Program-made: the position numbers and the translations under genes
Part shown: positions 29,441 to 38,890 of the stretch, piece by piece
Numbering within the stretch: the first letter of the stretch is position 1
Layout of the letters: every line of letters begins with the position of its first letter
Assembly: GCA_018716745.1 (NCBI GenBank)
Contig: DVJO01000153.1
Location: 1 to 52,322, forward strand
DNA: 52,322 nucleotides
Direction: 5' to 3'
Source: Candidatus Scatenecus faecavium
Lineage (GTDB): Bacteria > Cyanobacteriota > Vampirovibrionia > Gastranaerophilales > Gastranaerophilaceae
Notes under the pieces: model-generated
Seen by the model: the letters and a program-made list of their open reading frames with translations, nothing else
What the model was told of the DNA's origin: nothing
Databases searched by the model: none

Positions 29441-31921
29441 ATGCAGGTATCATTAAACTGGTTAAACGAATTTGTTGATTTATTGGATATTGAAGTTGAA
29501 CAGATTGCCCACGAACTTACGATGAGCGGGCTTGAAGTCGAAGCGGTCGAGGAATTAAAGCCGAAATTCACGAATATCAAAACCGTTAAAATCGAAAAAA
29601 TCGATAATCACCCGAATTCTGAAAAACTTCATCTTGTAACAGTAAACACAAGGGAAGGACTTAAAACAGTTGTTTGCGGCGCACAAAATATCGCAGAGGG
29701 TCAAATCGTTCCGTATGCAAGCGTCGGAAGTCAGGTTTTGGACAGAAAAACCGGTGAAATGTTTACCTTAACACCTGCCGTAATCCGCGGGGTTGAATCT
29801 CAGGGAATGCTTTGTTCTGCTGATGAACTCGGAGTTTCTGAACGCGGTTATCAGGAGGAAGACGGCATTTTAATACTCAACAGAATTTTTCCGAATGTAA
29901 AAATCGGCGAAAATGTTGAAGATGTTCTGGGATTTGAAAAAGATTATATTTTAGACGTTGCGCCTACTGCAAATCGCGGAGATCAAATGTCTGTTATAGG
30001 TGTTGCAAGAGAATTAAGTGCAATTTTCAACAAACCGCTTAAATTTTCTCCGCTTCAATGCACACGCGATCTTTAAACAGACAATTTCAAAGTCGAAATC
30101 AAAGACGACGATGTTTGCAAATATTATTCACTCGGAATTCTGAAAAATATCACAATCAAACCGTCTCCGGACTGGATGCAGAAACGCTTAATAGCCTCAG
30201 GCGTCCGCGCAATTAATAATGTTGTTGATATTACAAATTACGTAATGCTTGAGTACGGAACTCCATTCCACGCATTCGATTTGAACAAACTTGACGGATA
30301 TCTTTGCGTAAGACGCGCGGTTGAAGGCGAAAAAATCGTAACATTAGACAGCGTTGAAAGAACTTTAACACGCGACAGTGTTTTAATTGCCGATAAAGAA
30401 AAAGGCGTATGTCTTGCAGGCGTTTTCGGCGGAGAAAATTCCGAAATCGACGATAACACAACAGCTATTGCGCTTGAAGCAGCTTATTTCACTCCGACAA
30501 GCAACCGCAAAAGCTCTCACAGCGTAGGTTACAAAAGCGACGCCTGTGCAAGGTTTGAACGCGGGATTGATATCGAAGCTGTGAAACCGGCTTTAATGCG
30601 CGCAATGCAGCTGATGGTTGAACTTGCAGGCGCTGAAATAGAAGGCGTTGTCGAAACCGGCAAAAACAAGCTTGAGCCGATTGAAATAACCCTCAGATAC
30701 CCGCAAATCAAGAGAATGCTCGGTGTTGAAATCGCACCTGACAGATGCATTAATATTCTCGAAAAATTAGGTTTCAAAAAGCTTGGCGGAAACGAAACCG
30801 CTGCAAAATTTCTTGTTCCATCCTTCCGGGCTTATGATGTAACACGTGAAATCGATTTGATTGAAGAAATTGCACGAATTAACGGTTATGACAAAATTAC
30901 GCCGACATTACCGCAAAAAGTTCAGCTTCCTGAAATTTCTCTGGAAGAAAAAATTACAGCGAAAGTTCACAACCTTATGCGCGGCTGCGGCTTGAATGAA
31001 ATTGTAACAAGTTCTCTAATCGGCAAACCACTTTTGGACAGATTTATGATTCCGTTTGAAGAAGACAAAGCAGTTTATGTAAAAAATGCAGCAAGTGAAG
31101 ATTACACAATGCTTCGTCAAACTCTGGCCGCAAGTGTTTTGAATGTTATGAAAAACAACTTTGACAACGGTCAGAAAAACATCTGGAACTACGAAATCGG
31201 TAAAACTTATGTAAAAATTGCTCAAGCAGATGAAAAATCTTCCGGCGTCAAAGAAACGCAAACTCTTGCAGGTGTAATTACCGGCGATATCCAAAATTCA
31301 CTCTGGCAAAAAGGTGCTGAAACTGATTTTTACACAGTTAAAGGTATAATGGAAAAACTTTTTGAAGAATTGGAGATTTCAAAACGTATTAAACTTCAGC
31401 CGCTTGAAAAAACTCCGCTTGCAAATACACACGCAATTCTTCATCCGTACAAAACAGCGGTCATTACGCTCTTAGGCAAAACTCCGAAGCCAATCGGCTG
31501 GTTCGGACAAATTCATCCGATTTTGAAAGACAAGCTTAAATTAAATCAGGAAGCTTTCATTTTCAAACTTGATTTGGACGAAGTGATTTCAATTATCAAA
31601 GAACGCATCCCTAGATTCAAGAAACTTCCGCAGTTTCCGGAAGTACGCCGCGACCTTGCTTTTGTAATTAACAAAGATGTAACTTTCGACGACATTCAAA
31701 AAGTTATCAAAGGCTCTATTCAACAAAATATTTTCAAAGGCAGCGAAGTTTTCGATGTATACGAAGGCGAACACATCCAAGACGGTTACAAAAGCGTTGC
31801 TTTCCGTATAAAAATGCAGGACGAAAATGCAACTTTAACTGACGAAGTTATTGAAAAACAAATGAATTCAGTTCGTGACAAACTCAAAAAAACTTACGCT
31901 GATATCAATTTCAGGGAGTAA
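29441..31921 (+). CDS. pheT: Phenylalanine-tRNA ligase beta subunit, interrupted by a single in-frame TAA at 30074..30076
   Basis: ORFs 29441..30076 and 30176..31921 are in the same frame. The stop-to-ATG stretch translates to TDNFKVEIKDDDVCKYYSLGILKNITIKPSPDW, which continues into MQKRLIASGVRAINNVVDITNYVMLEYGTPFHAFD (conserved PheT B3/B4 region). Confidence 0.85.
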
Positions 31922-31923
31922 AA

Positions 31924-32571
31924 ATGGTTAAAAACTTAATAGTCTCAATTTTTCTGATGATTTTTGCGGCATTGCCGGTATTCTGTGCAGACGTTCTGCC
32001 TAAATACACGACAAATCTTCACACCAAAACCTACGGGTTCTATCAGGTTGGAAAGTTTATTCAACTTCATGAAGAAGCCGACGAAAATTCAAAAATCATA
32101 CAAACAATCAGCTGGACACAAGATAAATTAATGCCGGAAGGATTAAAATATGATGATGTATTTTCTGTGTTTATCGGAAGTAAAGAGCTGGCATTGATGG
32201 CTGTTGAGGATGAAACCGAAGACTGGGTAAAACTTATTTACGACAACAAAAACAACAAAAGCGGCTGGATGAAAAAAGATGATCCATACAAATTTATGAC
32301 CTGGGTTAATTTATACAACTCTTACGGCCGCAAATACGGGTTCAAAATATTAAAAGATGCGCCCGAAGCAGTTCTTTCACTTCACGCAGACACAGAAGAC
32401 AACTCTCAGGTTGTTGCACAGCTTAATCACCCTGAATTTATCAAACTGAATGTTATCAAAGGTAATTGGGCGCTTGTAACTGTTGTAGATTTGGACAGAA
32501 CTCCAAAAACCGGCTACATTCGCTGGAGAAGTGATGACGGGGTTAAATATCTTTTTCCGGCTATTAAATAA
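31924..32571 (+). CDS. Secreted hypothetical protein, possibly SH3b-like domains
   Basis: Signal-peptide-like 'MVKNLIVSIFLMIFAALPVFCADV'. 'GWMKKDD' and 'GYIRW' are SH3b-like endings. Starts 2 nt after the pheT stop. Confidence 0.55.
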   Translation: MVKNLIVSIFLMIFAALPVFCADVLPKYTTNLHTKTYGFYQVGKFIQLHEEADENSKIIQTISWTQDKLMPEGLKYDDVFSVFIGSKELALMAVEDETEDWVKLIYDNKNNKSGWMKKDDPYKFMTWVNLYNSYGRKYGFKILKDAPEAVLSLHADTEDNSQVVAQLNHPEFIKLNVIKGNWALVTVVDLDRTPKTGYIRWRSDDGVKYLFPAIK

Positions 32572-32603
32572 TTAATTATAAATCCATATTTCAAATGATG
32601 CGC

Positions 32604-32824
32604 TTGCAATTATGTAAGCGTCTTATTAGTATTGAAGGGCAAGCCCTGATACTACATCTTACTTCATGGCACGAACTTGAAATTTTGTTTACCATGGAAG
32701 GAGGTGATAGAAATGGTTGTTAATACAGAATAACTAGCAATAATATTGCTAATACTGCTAGTTCTACTAAACAACTAAAAGGGGCTTTCAAGAGGATGTT
32801 AGCGCATCCTCGCCCTTTTCTTTA
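32604..32824 (+). promoter_or_regulatory. Small leader-like transcription unit: promoter, structured 5' region, SD-led 6-codon mini-ORF (MVVNTE*, 32713..32733), intrinsic terminator (32781..32824)
   Basis: TTGCAA-17 nt-TAGTAT (32604..32632). Hairpin CTTCATGG...CCATGGAAG overlaps the SD. AGGAGGTG lies 6 nt before the ATG. Mutually exclusive hairpins follow (AGCAAT/ATTGCT vs CTAGCA/TGCTAG), then GAGGATG-TTAGCG-CATCCTC within GGGC/GCCC plus TTTTCTTT. Confidence 0.45.
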
Positions 32825-32979
32825 TTATAACCGATTTCAAAAAAATTTCAAGTCTCAACTCTTTGCCCAATCGTAAAACTTTGCCTAATCTTAACAATTG
32901 ATAAAAAATACTCGACAAACTAGCATGCTTGTTGTAGTATGGTCATACTGGCAGAAATATAATTTAAAGGAGAATTAAA

Positions 32980-33477
32980 ATGCAAGTTATATTGAAAAAA
33001 GACGTTCAAAACCTCGGTGAAGCAGGTGATATCGTTAACGTAAAAGACGGTTATGCAAGAAACTTCCTGCTTCCGCAAAATCAGGCTGAAATCGCAACAG
33101 ACGGCGCTTTGAAAAACAGAGAACAAAATTTGGCAAGAATTAAGGCTAAACAAGAAAAACTTCACGCAGAAGCTCTTGCAAAAGCAGAACAACTTGAAAA
33201 ATTCGGCAAACTTGAACTTTCAGCTAAAGCCGGCGAATCAGGCAAACTTTTCGGTACTATCACAACCAAAAAACTTACTGAAGAACTTCTTGCAAAATCA
33301 GGCGTTGAAGTTGATAGAAAAATAGTTACTCTTAACGCTCCGATTAACAAAATCGGCGAATACACAATGCTTATCAAATTGACTTCAAAAGTTAAATGCG
33401 AAGTTCCGGTTGTTGTAACTGCTTCAGAAGTTGTTAAAGAATCTGTTGAAGAAATTGAAGAAACAACTGAAGAATAG
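32980..33477 (+). CDS. rplI: 50S ribosomal protein L9 (with an acidic C-terminal tail)
   Basis: 'MQVILKKDVQNLGEAGDIVNVKDGYARNFLLPQ' is a canonical L9 N-terminus. Confidence 0.9.
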   Translation: MQVILKKDVQNLGEAGDIVNVKDGYARNFLLPQNQAEIATDGALKNREQNLARIKAKQEKLHAEALAKAEQLEKFGKLELSAKAGESGKLFGTITTKKLTEELLAKSGVEVDRKIVTLNAPINKIGEYTMLIKLTSKVKCEVPVVVTASEVVKESVEEIEETTEE

Positions 33478-33512
33478 TTCAAGTTGCAAAGGCATTTAGC
33501 GGGGACATTCAT

Positions 33513-34592
33513 TTGAAAAAATTGAAAAATCTTACACTAAAATGTATGGCAATCGGCTCTCTGCCTCATACAGAAACAAAACAAGCTATAAGCCTTATAG
33601 AAAAGGATTTTCAGGACATTCCTTTCTGGCCGCAGCTGGTAAAACTTAACAAAAATGAGGACATGATTTTCCAGTTTTTGGAAAAAATGCCCTCATTTTT
33701 TTATGAAAATGATAAACTTTTTCTTGATACAGAATATGACGCGTTCTTTGAAGATTTTGAAGAGTTTTTCAATGATTATGAAGAAATTATTTCAAACCCC
33801 GGCTCTGCAAAACTTGAAAAATACAAAATCACAAGAGCTGCTGCATTTGAGACTTATATTGATTTGTTGAAACGTACAAAACCAGATTTTGCAAAAGGTC
33901 AGATTGTCGGGCCTTTTACGCTGGCCTCATCACTTTGTACAAAAAACGGTTTGGCAGCGGTTTATGACGAAACTTTGCGTGAAATAATTCTGAAAACTTT
34001 AACAATTAAAGCATTATGGCAGATTAAGCAGATGAAACTTGCAAGCCCTGATATTACACCGATAATTTTCATCGATGAACCTTCAATCTCACAGCTTGGA
34101 ACCTCTGCTTACGTCGGTATTTCAAAATCAGAAATTATTTCAATGTTATCGGAGATAACAGGTATTCTAAAAGAAAACGGCGCAATTCCTGCTTTGCATT
34201 GCTGCGGAAAATGCGACTGGACAATTCCAATTGACGCTGGCGTTGAAATTATTAATCCGGATGCGTTTTCTTTTGCTGAAAACTTAAGCCTTTTTAACAC
34301 TGAACTGGAGGAATTTCTTCAAAATGGCGGCAAAATTGCCTGGGGAATTGTTCCGACTCTGGACAAAAAAGCATTAGAAAAGATTACGCTTTCTGATTTA
34401 GAACAAAAATTCCGCTCTGCAATAAAATATTTGACTAAAAAAGGAATTAATGAGAAACTTGTTATAGAAAATTCAATGATAACGCCCTCCTGCGGCGCCG
34501 GGATTTTGACGGTTGAAATGGCAGAAAAGGCAATGGATTTAACAAAAGAATTATCAATCAGATTAAAGGAGATTTACGAAATTGACGACTAA
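33513..34592 (+). CDS. UROD/MetE-like superfamily protein (cobalamin-independent methionine synthase-like or methyltransferase-like)
   Basis: 'GSLPH' near the N-terminus, 'IDEPS', 'HCCG' and 'ITPSCG' resemble the MetE C-terminal/UROD fold pattern. TTG start is uncertain. Confidence 0.45.
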   Translation: MKKLKNLTLKCMAIGSLPHTETKQAISLIEKDFQDIPFWPQLVKLNKNEDMIFQFLEKMPSFFYENDKLFLDTEYDAFFEDFEEFFNDYEEIISNPGSAKLEKYKITRAAAFETYIDLLKRTKPDFAKGQIVGPFTLASSLCTKNGLAAVYDETLREIILKTLTIKALWQIKQMKLASPDITPIIFIDEPSISQLGTSAYVGISKSEIISMLSEITGILKENGAIPALHCCGKCDWTIPIDAGVEIINPDAFSFAENLSLFNTELEEFLQNGGKIAWGIVPTLDKKALEKITLSDLEQKFRSAIKYLTKKGINEKLVIENSMITPSCGAGILTVEMAEKAMDLTKELSIRLKEIYEIDD

Positions 34593-35334
34593 ACTTGCAA
34601 TCACAGGCAAAAGCGGAAGCGGTAAAACTACTATTACAAAAGCTTTTTTGCGAATTTTTCAGGAGCTTTTTCCGGAAAAGTCAATTCTGCTTTTTGACAA
34701 CGATTTGACAAGCGAACTCGGCCACAGCTTCGGACTTGATATCAGAAACACGATTTACGGAATCAGAAGCGGAAAACATGAATACAAAACAGGAATTCCG
34801 GAAGGAATGAGCAAACAGGAGTTTGTTGAATGGGCAATGGAAGATATTCTTGTTCCGATTTCTGACAATGTTGATATAATTGTTTCGTGGTTTGTCGGCT
34901 CAAAAGACTGCCGATGCCCGATTACCGGACAAATTAACGATGCTGTTTTAAAGCTTATTGAGCGTTATGATATCGTAATTTTTGACTGCGAATTTGACCT
35001 TAAATATCTCAATCAGCTTGTTGACACTGACATTGACGCAACAATAATCGTTGCAAATCCATCAGATGAAAGCGCGCATCTTGCAAAACGTATTGAAGAA
35101 TTCAGCGCAAAATACGCGGCAGGCGGACAGCTCGGAGTTGTGATTAATAAGGTTGAAAACAACGAAGCAGCCTCCATTTACGGACTTTTGAATAAATACG
35201 AACTTGACGTGCTTGGCGTAATTCCGTTTGATGAAAATCTGATTAAAAACCAGATGACAAAAGATTCAAAGGCTGTTCAGGATGCAATAAAACAGTTTTA
35301 TTTCAGGCTAAATCTCCCGCAGATAAAGAATTGA
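34582..35334 (+). CDS. CooC/MinD-superfamily P-loop ATPase with a CxC metal motif
   Basis: Walker A 'GKSGSGKTT', 'DCRCP' (CooC-type CxC), 'VIFDCE'. TTG start with AAGGAGA 9 nt upstream. Overlaps the previous gene by 11 nt. Confidence 0.6.
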   Translation: MTTKLAITGKSGSGKTTITKAFLRIFQELFPEKSILLFDNDLTSELGHSFGLDIRNTIYGIRSGKHEYKTGIPEGMSKQEFVEWAMEDILVPISDNVDIIVSWFVGSKDCRCPITGQINDAVLKLIERYDIVIFDCEFDLKYLNQLVDTDIDATIIVANPSDESAHLAKRIEEFSAKYAAGGQLGVVINKVENNEAASIYGLLNKYELDVLGVIPFDENLIKNQMTKDSKAVQDAIKQFYFRLNLPQIKN

Positions 35335-35340
35335 GGACAA

Positions 35341-36180
35341 ATGGCAGAAATTTTAGACGGCAAAAAGTTGAGAGACAAAATTCTTGAAGAATTAAAAGCA
35401 AGGCTTGAAAATTATGACAAAAAGCCGACACTTGTTGTAATTTTAGTAGGCGACAATCCCGCAAGCAGGATTTATGTGAACAACAAGAAGAAAACCGCCG
35501 AAAAACTCGGAATAAATTCTATTGTGATAAATTACCCGTCAGACGTTGATGAACAGACGCTTTTGGCAAAAATCGAAGAGCTTAACAATGACAAAAATGT
35601 TACTGCGATACTTGTTCAACTGCCTTTGCCGCCGCATATAAATAAATTTAATATTATAAACGCTATTTCGCCGAAGAAAGATGTTGACGGCTTCACACCG
35701 GAAAACGCCGGCAAACTTTTCACCGGTGAAAAGCCTTATGTTTACCCTTGCACACCTCGCGGAATTATCAGACTTCTGGATGAATACAAAATCCAAATAG
35801 AAGGACAGCATGCAGTAATAGTTGGACGCTCAAATATTGTCGGAAAACCCTTAGCTCAAATGCTGTTGCAGAGAAATGCTACCGTTACAATCTGCCACAG
35901 CCGCACCCCAAACCTTGCAGACATAACAAAAACAGCAGATATTGTGGTTTCTGCTGTAGGGGGAAAAATTATTGGAAAAAATATGTTAAAATCAGGTTGT
36001 GTTGTAGTGGATGTTGGGATTTTCAAAGATGAAAACAGCAAAACAAGGGGAGATGTGGATTTTGATGAAGCCGTTTCCGTAGCTTCATATATTTCGCCGG
36101 TTCCCGGCGGAGTCGGGCCAATGACAATTGCAATGCTTATGGCCAACACCGTGGAGCTTTTTGAAAAAGCGTGTTTTTAA
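35341..36180 (+). CDS. folD: Bifunctional methylenetetrahydrofolate dehydrogenase/cyclohydrolase
   Basis: 'ILVGDNPASRIYV..K', 'ILVQLPLP', 'GRSNIVGKP', 'PVPGGVGPMTIAML'. Confidence 0.95.
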   Translation: MAEILDGKKLRDKILEELKARLENYDKKPTLVVILVGDNPASRIYVNNKKKTAEKLGINSIVINYPSDVDEQTLLAKIEELNNDKNVTAILVQLPLPPHINKFNIINAISPKKDVDGFTPENAGKLFTGEKPYVYPCTPRGIIRLLDEYKIQIEGQHAVIVGRSNIVGKPLAQMLLQRNATVTICHSRTPNLADITKTADIVVSAVGGKIIGKNMLKSGCVVVDVGIFKDENSKTRGDVDFDEAVSVASYISPVPGGVGPMTIAMLMANTVELFEKACF

Positions 36181-36495
36181 ATGTGGGAGTGAATGGGCTT
36201 TTAACCCTCACCCATCGGAGTAAAACTCGCTCAAGCTTGTTAACTCCGAATCCCTCTCACCACTCTGCTTCACGTCGGGAAACATGGTCACAAGACTCGT
36301 TCCTCGTCTGTTCCCTTTGCTCCAAAGGTAGAGGGAAAATGTCTGCGTGCATATTATATGTCTAGTAGAATGTACTAATCTCGCCAGAAGGCGGGAACTG
36401 TTCCCAGCGCAAACAACGTTATTTCAAAGTTCAGACTAAGAATTACAAAAGCGCTCAACACTAATGTAGTTCCAATGTATCTACGTGCGTAGCAC
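36181..36495. other. GC-enriched ORF-free island with multiple hairpins; candidate small RNA(s) or long 3' UTR; strand unresolved
   Basis: No credible ORF. Hairpins: CGCC-AGAA-GGCG and GGGAA-CTG-TTCCC (~36382..36406), CGGAGT...ACTCCG (36216..36248), GGG-7 nt-CCC nested in TGGGAG../..CTCACCCA (36183..36213). Confidence 0.35.
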
Positions 36496-36834
36496 CTAGC
36501 CGCCGATGAGGTTCAAGCTGCAGCTAGACTTGATGTTGTTTTGAACCATTGTCTTCATACTTGAAATTTCGTTATCAAGCAATGAAATCTGGGTATCAAG
36601 CGTATTTTGCCGCGTTGTAAGATATTCCTCCTGCTTTTGCAACGAAACATAATAGGCGTCATTATCCAAATCCACCTGTCCGTTACCTGACGCAGCTTCT
36701 AACTGCTCAGCTCTTGCAGACATCTCTTTTGCAAGCCAGTTTGCCTGGTTCATAACAAGTGTCTGTTCAAACTGCAGTTGGCTTTTTTGCAGAGTGAATA
36801 AATTCTTTTGTGAATCAATCGCTAAAAAAGTCAT
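36496..36834 (-). CDS. Hypothetical coiled-coil protein (112 aa from the internal ATG with a strong RBS)
   Basis: AAGGAGA lies 7 nt upstream of ATG 36834 (MTFLAIDSQKNLF...). The tracked start at 36867 lacks an RBS. Confidence 0.5.
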   Translation of the reverse strand: MTFLAIDSQKNLFTLQKSQLQFEQTLVMNQANWLAKEMSARAEQLEAASGNGQVDLDNDAYYVSLQKQEEYLTTRQNTLDTQISLLDNEISSMKTMVQNNIKSSCSLNLIGG

Positions 36835-36964
36835 ATCATCTCTCCTTATTTTTACTCTCTTATACATATAAAGTATTTTGAGATTTTACGATTTCAGAGA
36901 AGATAATTTTCGTTACATTTATTTACATAAACAAACCGAGCAATAAATCCAACGCAAGCCCTGC

Positions 36965-38005
36965 TTATCCAAGTTCCTGAATCTGCTTGTATAAATCTAT
37001 TTGCTTTTGCGAAAGATTCTTTGGAATAATAATCTTAACTTTTGCGTTCAAGTTGCCAAATCCACCGCCTTTTTTAGGAAGTCCAAGCCCTTTTAATCTA
37101 AGCATTTGACCTGTTGATGTCAGAGGCGGAATTTTAATCGTTATCATTCCATGAAGAGTTTTAATTTCCTTTTTTGCTCCGAGTACGGCTTCAGAAGGTG
37201 TTATTTCAACCTCCTTGGTCAAGTCATAGCCGTCAGCCTGATATTCGCTGTCGCTTATGTGAACAATTAAATATAAATCGCCTTTGTTGCCGTATTCATC
37301 AGCTTTTCCTTCGCCTTTAACACGGATTTTCTGGCCGTCTTTAAGTTCGGGCGGCAATTTTACTTTAATTGACTTTTGTTCGTTTATAATTCCTGTTCCG
37401 CCGCAAGCTGAACAAAAGCCTCCGCCAGGCGGGCATTGTCCGCAGCGTTTCATTTCTGAAAACTTTACAGAAATCGGCCTTTGGGCAAAAATATCATCAA
37501 CTGTAATATTCAAATTTTTAGTTACATCTAAATCCTCACTTTTTTGAGGCCTTCTGGACGCACGTTGAGATTGGGCACGCTGCGCTCCGCCAAAATCAAA
37601 ACTGCTAAAACCGCCGGCATTTCTTCCCGTAGCACCACCTGCCATCATATCACCGAAAAGCGAGCTGAAAAAGTCTGAAAATCCGCCCAAATCTTGACCA
37701 TTAAAGTTAAAGCTCTGGTAATTTCCGCCCTGGCCGCCAAATCCAAATTGTTCAAATCCCGGCGGCGGCGTATAACTTTGCCCGCCCTGCCAATTCGCGC
37801 CTAAACTGTCGTATCGCTGACGTTTGGCCTTATCAGAGAGAACTTCGTAAGCTTCGTTTATGTCTTTAAATTTAGCTTCTGCTTCTTTTGTTTTGTTTAC
37901 ATCAGGGTGATATTTTCTCGCAAGTTTTCGGTACGCTGATTTTATCTCAGCTTCTGTTGCACTGCGTTTAACACCTAATATTTCATAATAGTCTTTATAT
38001 TCCAT
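36965..38005 (-). CDS. DnaJ-class (J-domain) co-chaperone, CbpA/DnaJ-like
   Basis: 'DYYEILGV...[11 protein letters not shown]' J-domain with HPD, a G/F-rich linker, one 'CGQC...CSACGGTG' zinc-finger segment, and C-terminal substrate-binding domains. Confidence 0.85.
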   Translation of the reverse strand: MEYKDYYEILGVKRSATEAEIKSAYRKLARKYHPDVNKTKEAEAKFKDINEAYEVLSDKAKRQRYDSLGANWQGGQSYTPPPGFEQFGFGGQGGNYQSFNFNGQDLGGFSDFFSSLFGDMMAGGATGRNAGGFSSFDFGGAQRAQSQRASRRPQKSEDLDVTKNLNITVDDIFAQRPISVKFSEMKRCGQCPPGGGFCSACGGTGIINEQKSIKVKLPPELKDGQKIRVKGEGKADEYGNKGDLYLIVHISDSEYQADGYDLTKEVEITPSEAVLGAKKEIKTLHGMITIKIPPLTSTGQMLRLKGLGLPKKGGGFGNLNAKVKIIIPKNLSQKQIDLYKQIQELG

Positions 38006-38183
38006 AATATCTCCATAGTATCTATATTATCATAATAATACAAAACTTATTTAAACTTGAATTAATTAATTATTTTTTAATATTAACAAATGTAAAGTAA
38101 ATAATTTTCATAAAGCAATTTTTGAAAACAAAAATACTTTATATAGAGGTAATCAATTTGGGGAAATAAAAGGAGATTAAACT

Positions 38184-38768
38184 ATGGGTGATTATGGGAA
38201 TGTTGGAATTAATGCTGGTTATGCACGATTGAATGCAAGAGACTACGGTAAGATTGGGCTTGAAGGTTCTTTGAAAAAAGAATTAGACAAAAACCCCAAT
38301 ATAGGCTATACACTCGGCGGAAATGCAAGCGCATTAATAGGCAAAAAAGCAGGTGTTAATGCCGGAGTTTATGCAGGAATGGATTTTGGGACATCAACCT
38401 GCACGGAATTAAATCTGGGAATAATCGGTGACTATACCAAAGGCTTTGACAAGAATAACCTTACAGATTTAGATTCAAAAGAGTCTTTGAAAGCTGGAGG
38501 GTCAATAGGTTTTACCCGTAATATTTGCTGCGATGAAGGCAGAAAATTAAAAATGGCTTTGACTGGCGGTGCAGATTTTCATTCGGTACCGGAAATCAAC
38601 AACGGGCAGATAGTTAAGTCAAATAAAGTCAGCCCATTTGTAGGCTCAAATATTGAATACTCACAGCAAATCAATGATAAAGGACACCAGCTTGTATTTG
38701 GCGGCAAATGTAGCATTACTAAAAACGGCGCAACTTACGGGGAAGCAAGCATTGGATATCGTTTCTAA
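38184..38768 (+). CDS. Gly-rich beta-barrel-like hypothetical protein lacking a recognisable signal peptide
   Basis: Alternating hydrophobic pattern and a C-terminal '...SIGYRF' aromatic terminus like outer-membrane beta-barrels. RBS AGGAG. Confidence 0.4.
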   Translation: MGDYGNVGINAGYARLNARDYGKIGLEGSLKKELDKNPNIGYTLGGNASALIGKKAGVNAGVYAGMDFGTSTCTELNLGIIGDYTKGFDKNNLTDLDSKESLKAGGSIGFTRNICCDEGRKLKMALTGGADFHSVPEINNGQIVKSNKVSPFVGSNIEYSQQINDKGHQLVFGGKCSITKNGATYGEASIGYRF

Positions 38769-38821
38769 AATAAATTTCTATAAATAGTAAGTATAAACAA
38801 GTTAAATGTGTTTGTGCTTAA

Positions 38822-38855
38822 AAAACAGACGTCTTATAATTAAGACGTCTGTTTA
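38822..38855. terminator. Bidirectional terminator ending the ribosomal protein cluster after rplR
   Basis: AACAGACGTCTTA-TAAT-TAAGACGTCTGTT perfect 13-bp hairpin with flanking A and T runs. Confidence 0.8.
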
Positions 38856-38890
38856 CTTTTTATTATACAGGTTTTTAATCTGCGATTTGA

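Noticed and set aside
36248-36298. SRP RNA domain IV-like hairpin on the minus strand (GACCAUGUUUCCCGACGUGAAGCAGAGUGGUGAG resembles ...ACCAUGUCAGGUCC-loop-GGAAGCAGC...GUGG)
   Set aside because: The conserved 5' symmetric-loop nucleotides (the AGG of GGUCAGGUCC) are missing, the tetraloop is not GNRA-like, and the flanks fold into separate hairpins rather than one long helix. At most this is a weak resemblance.
36405-36495. tmRNA-like resume site: 'CCCAGC GCA AAC AAC GTT ATT TCA AAG ...' would encode ANNVISKFRLRITKALNTNVVPMYLRA* (an 'ANN' start like cyanobacterial tags)
   Set aside because: I found no GGGG acceptor 5' end, no T-arm (GGUUCGAAUCC-like) and no properly placed 3' CCA, in either a one-piece or a permuted arrangement. 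The tag would be unusually long with no double stop. The rest of a one-piece tmRNA would have to overlap a well-supported minus-strand CDS.
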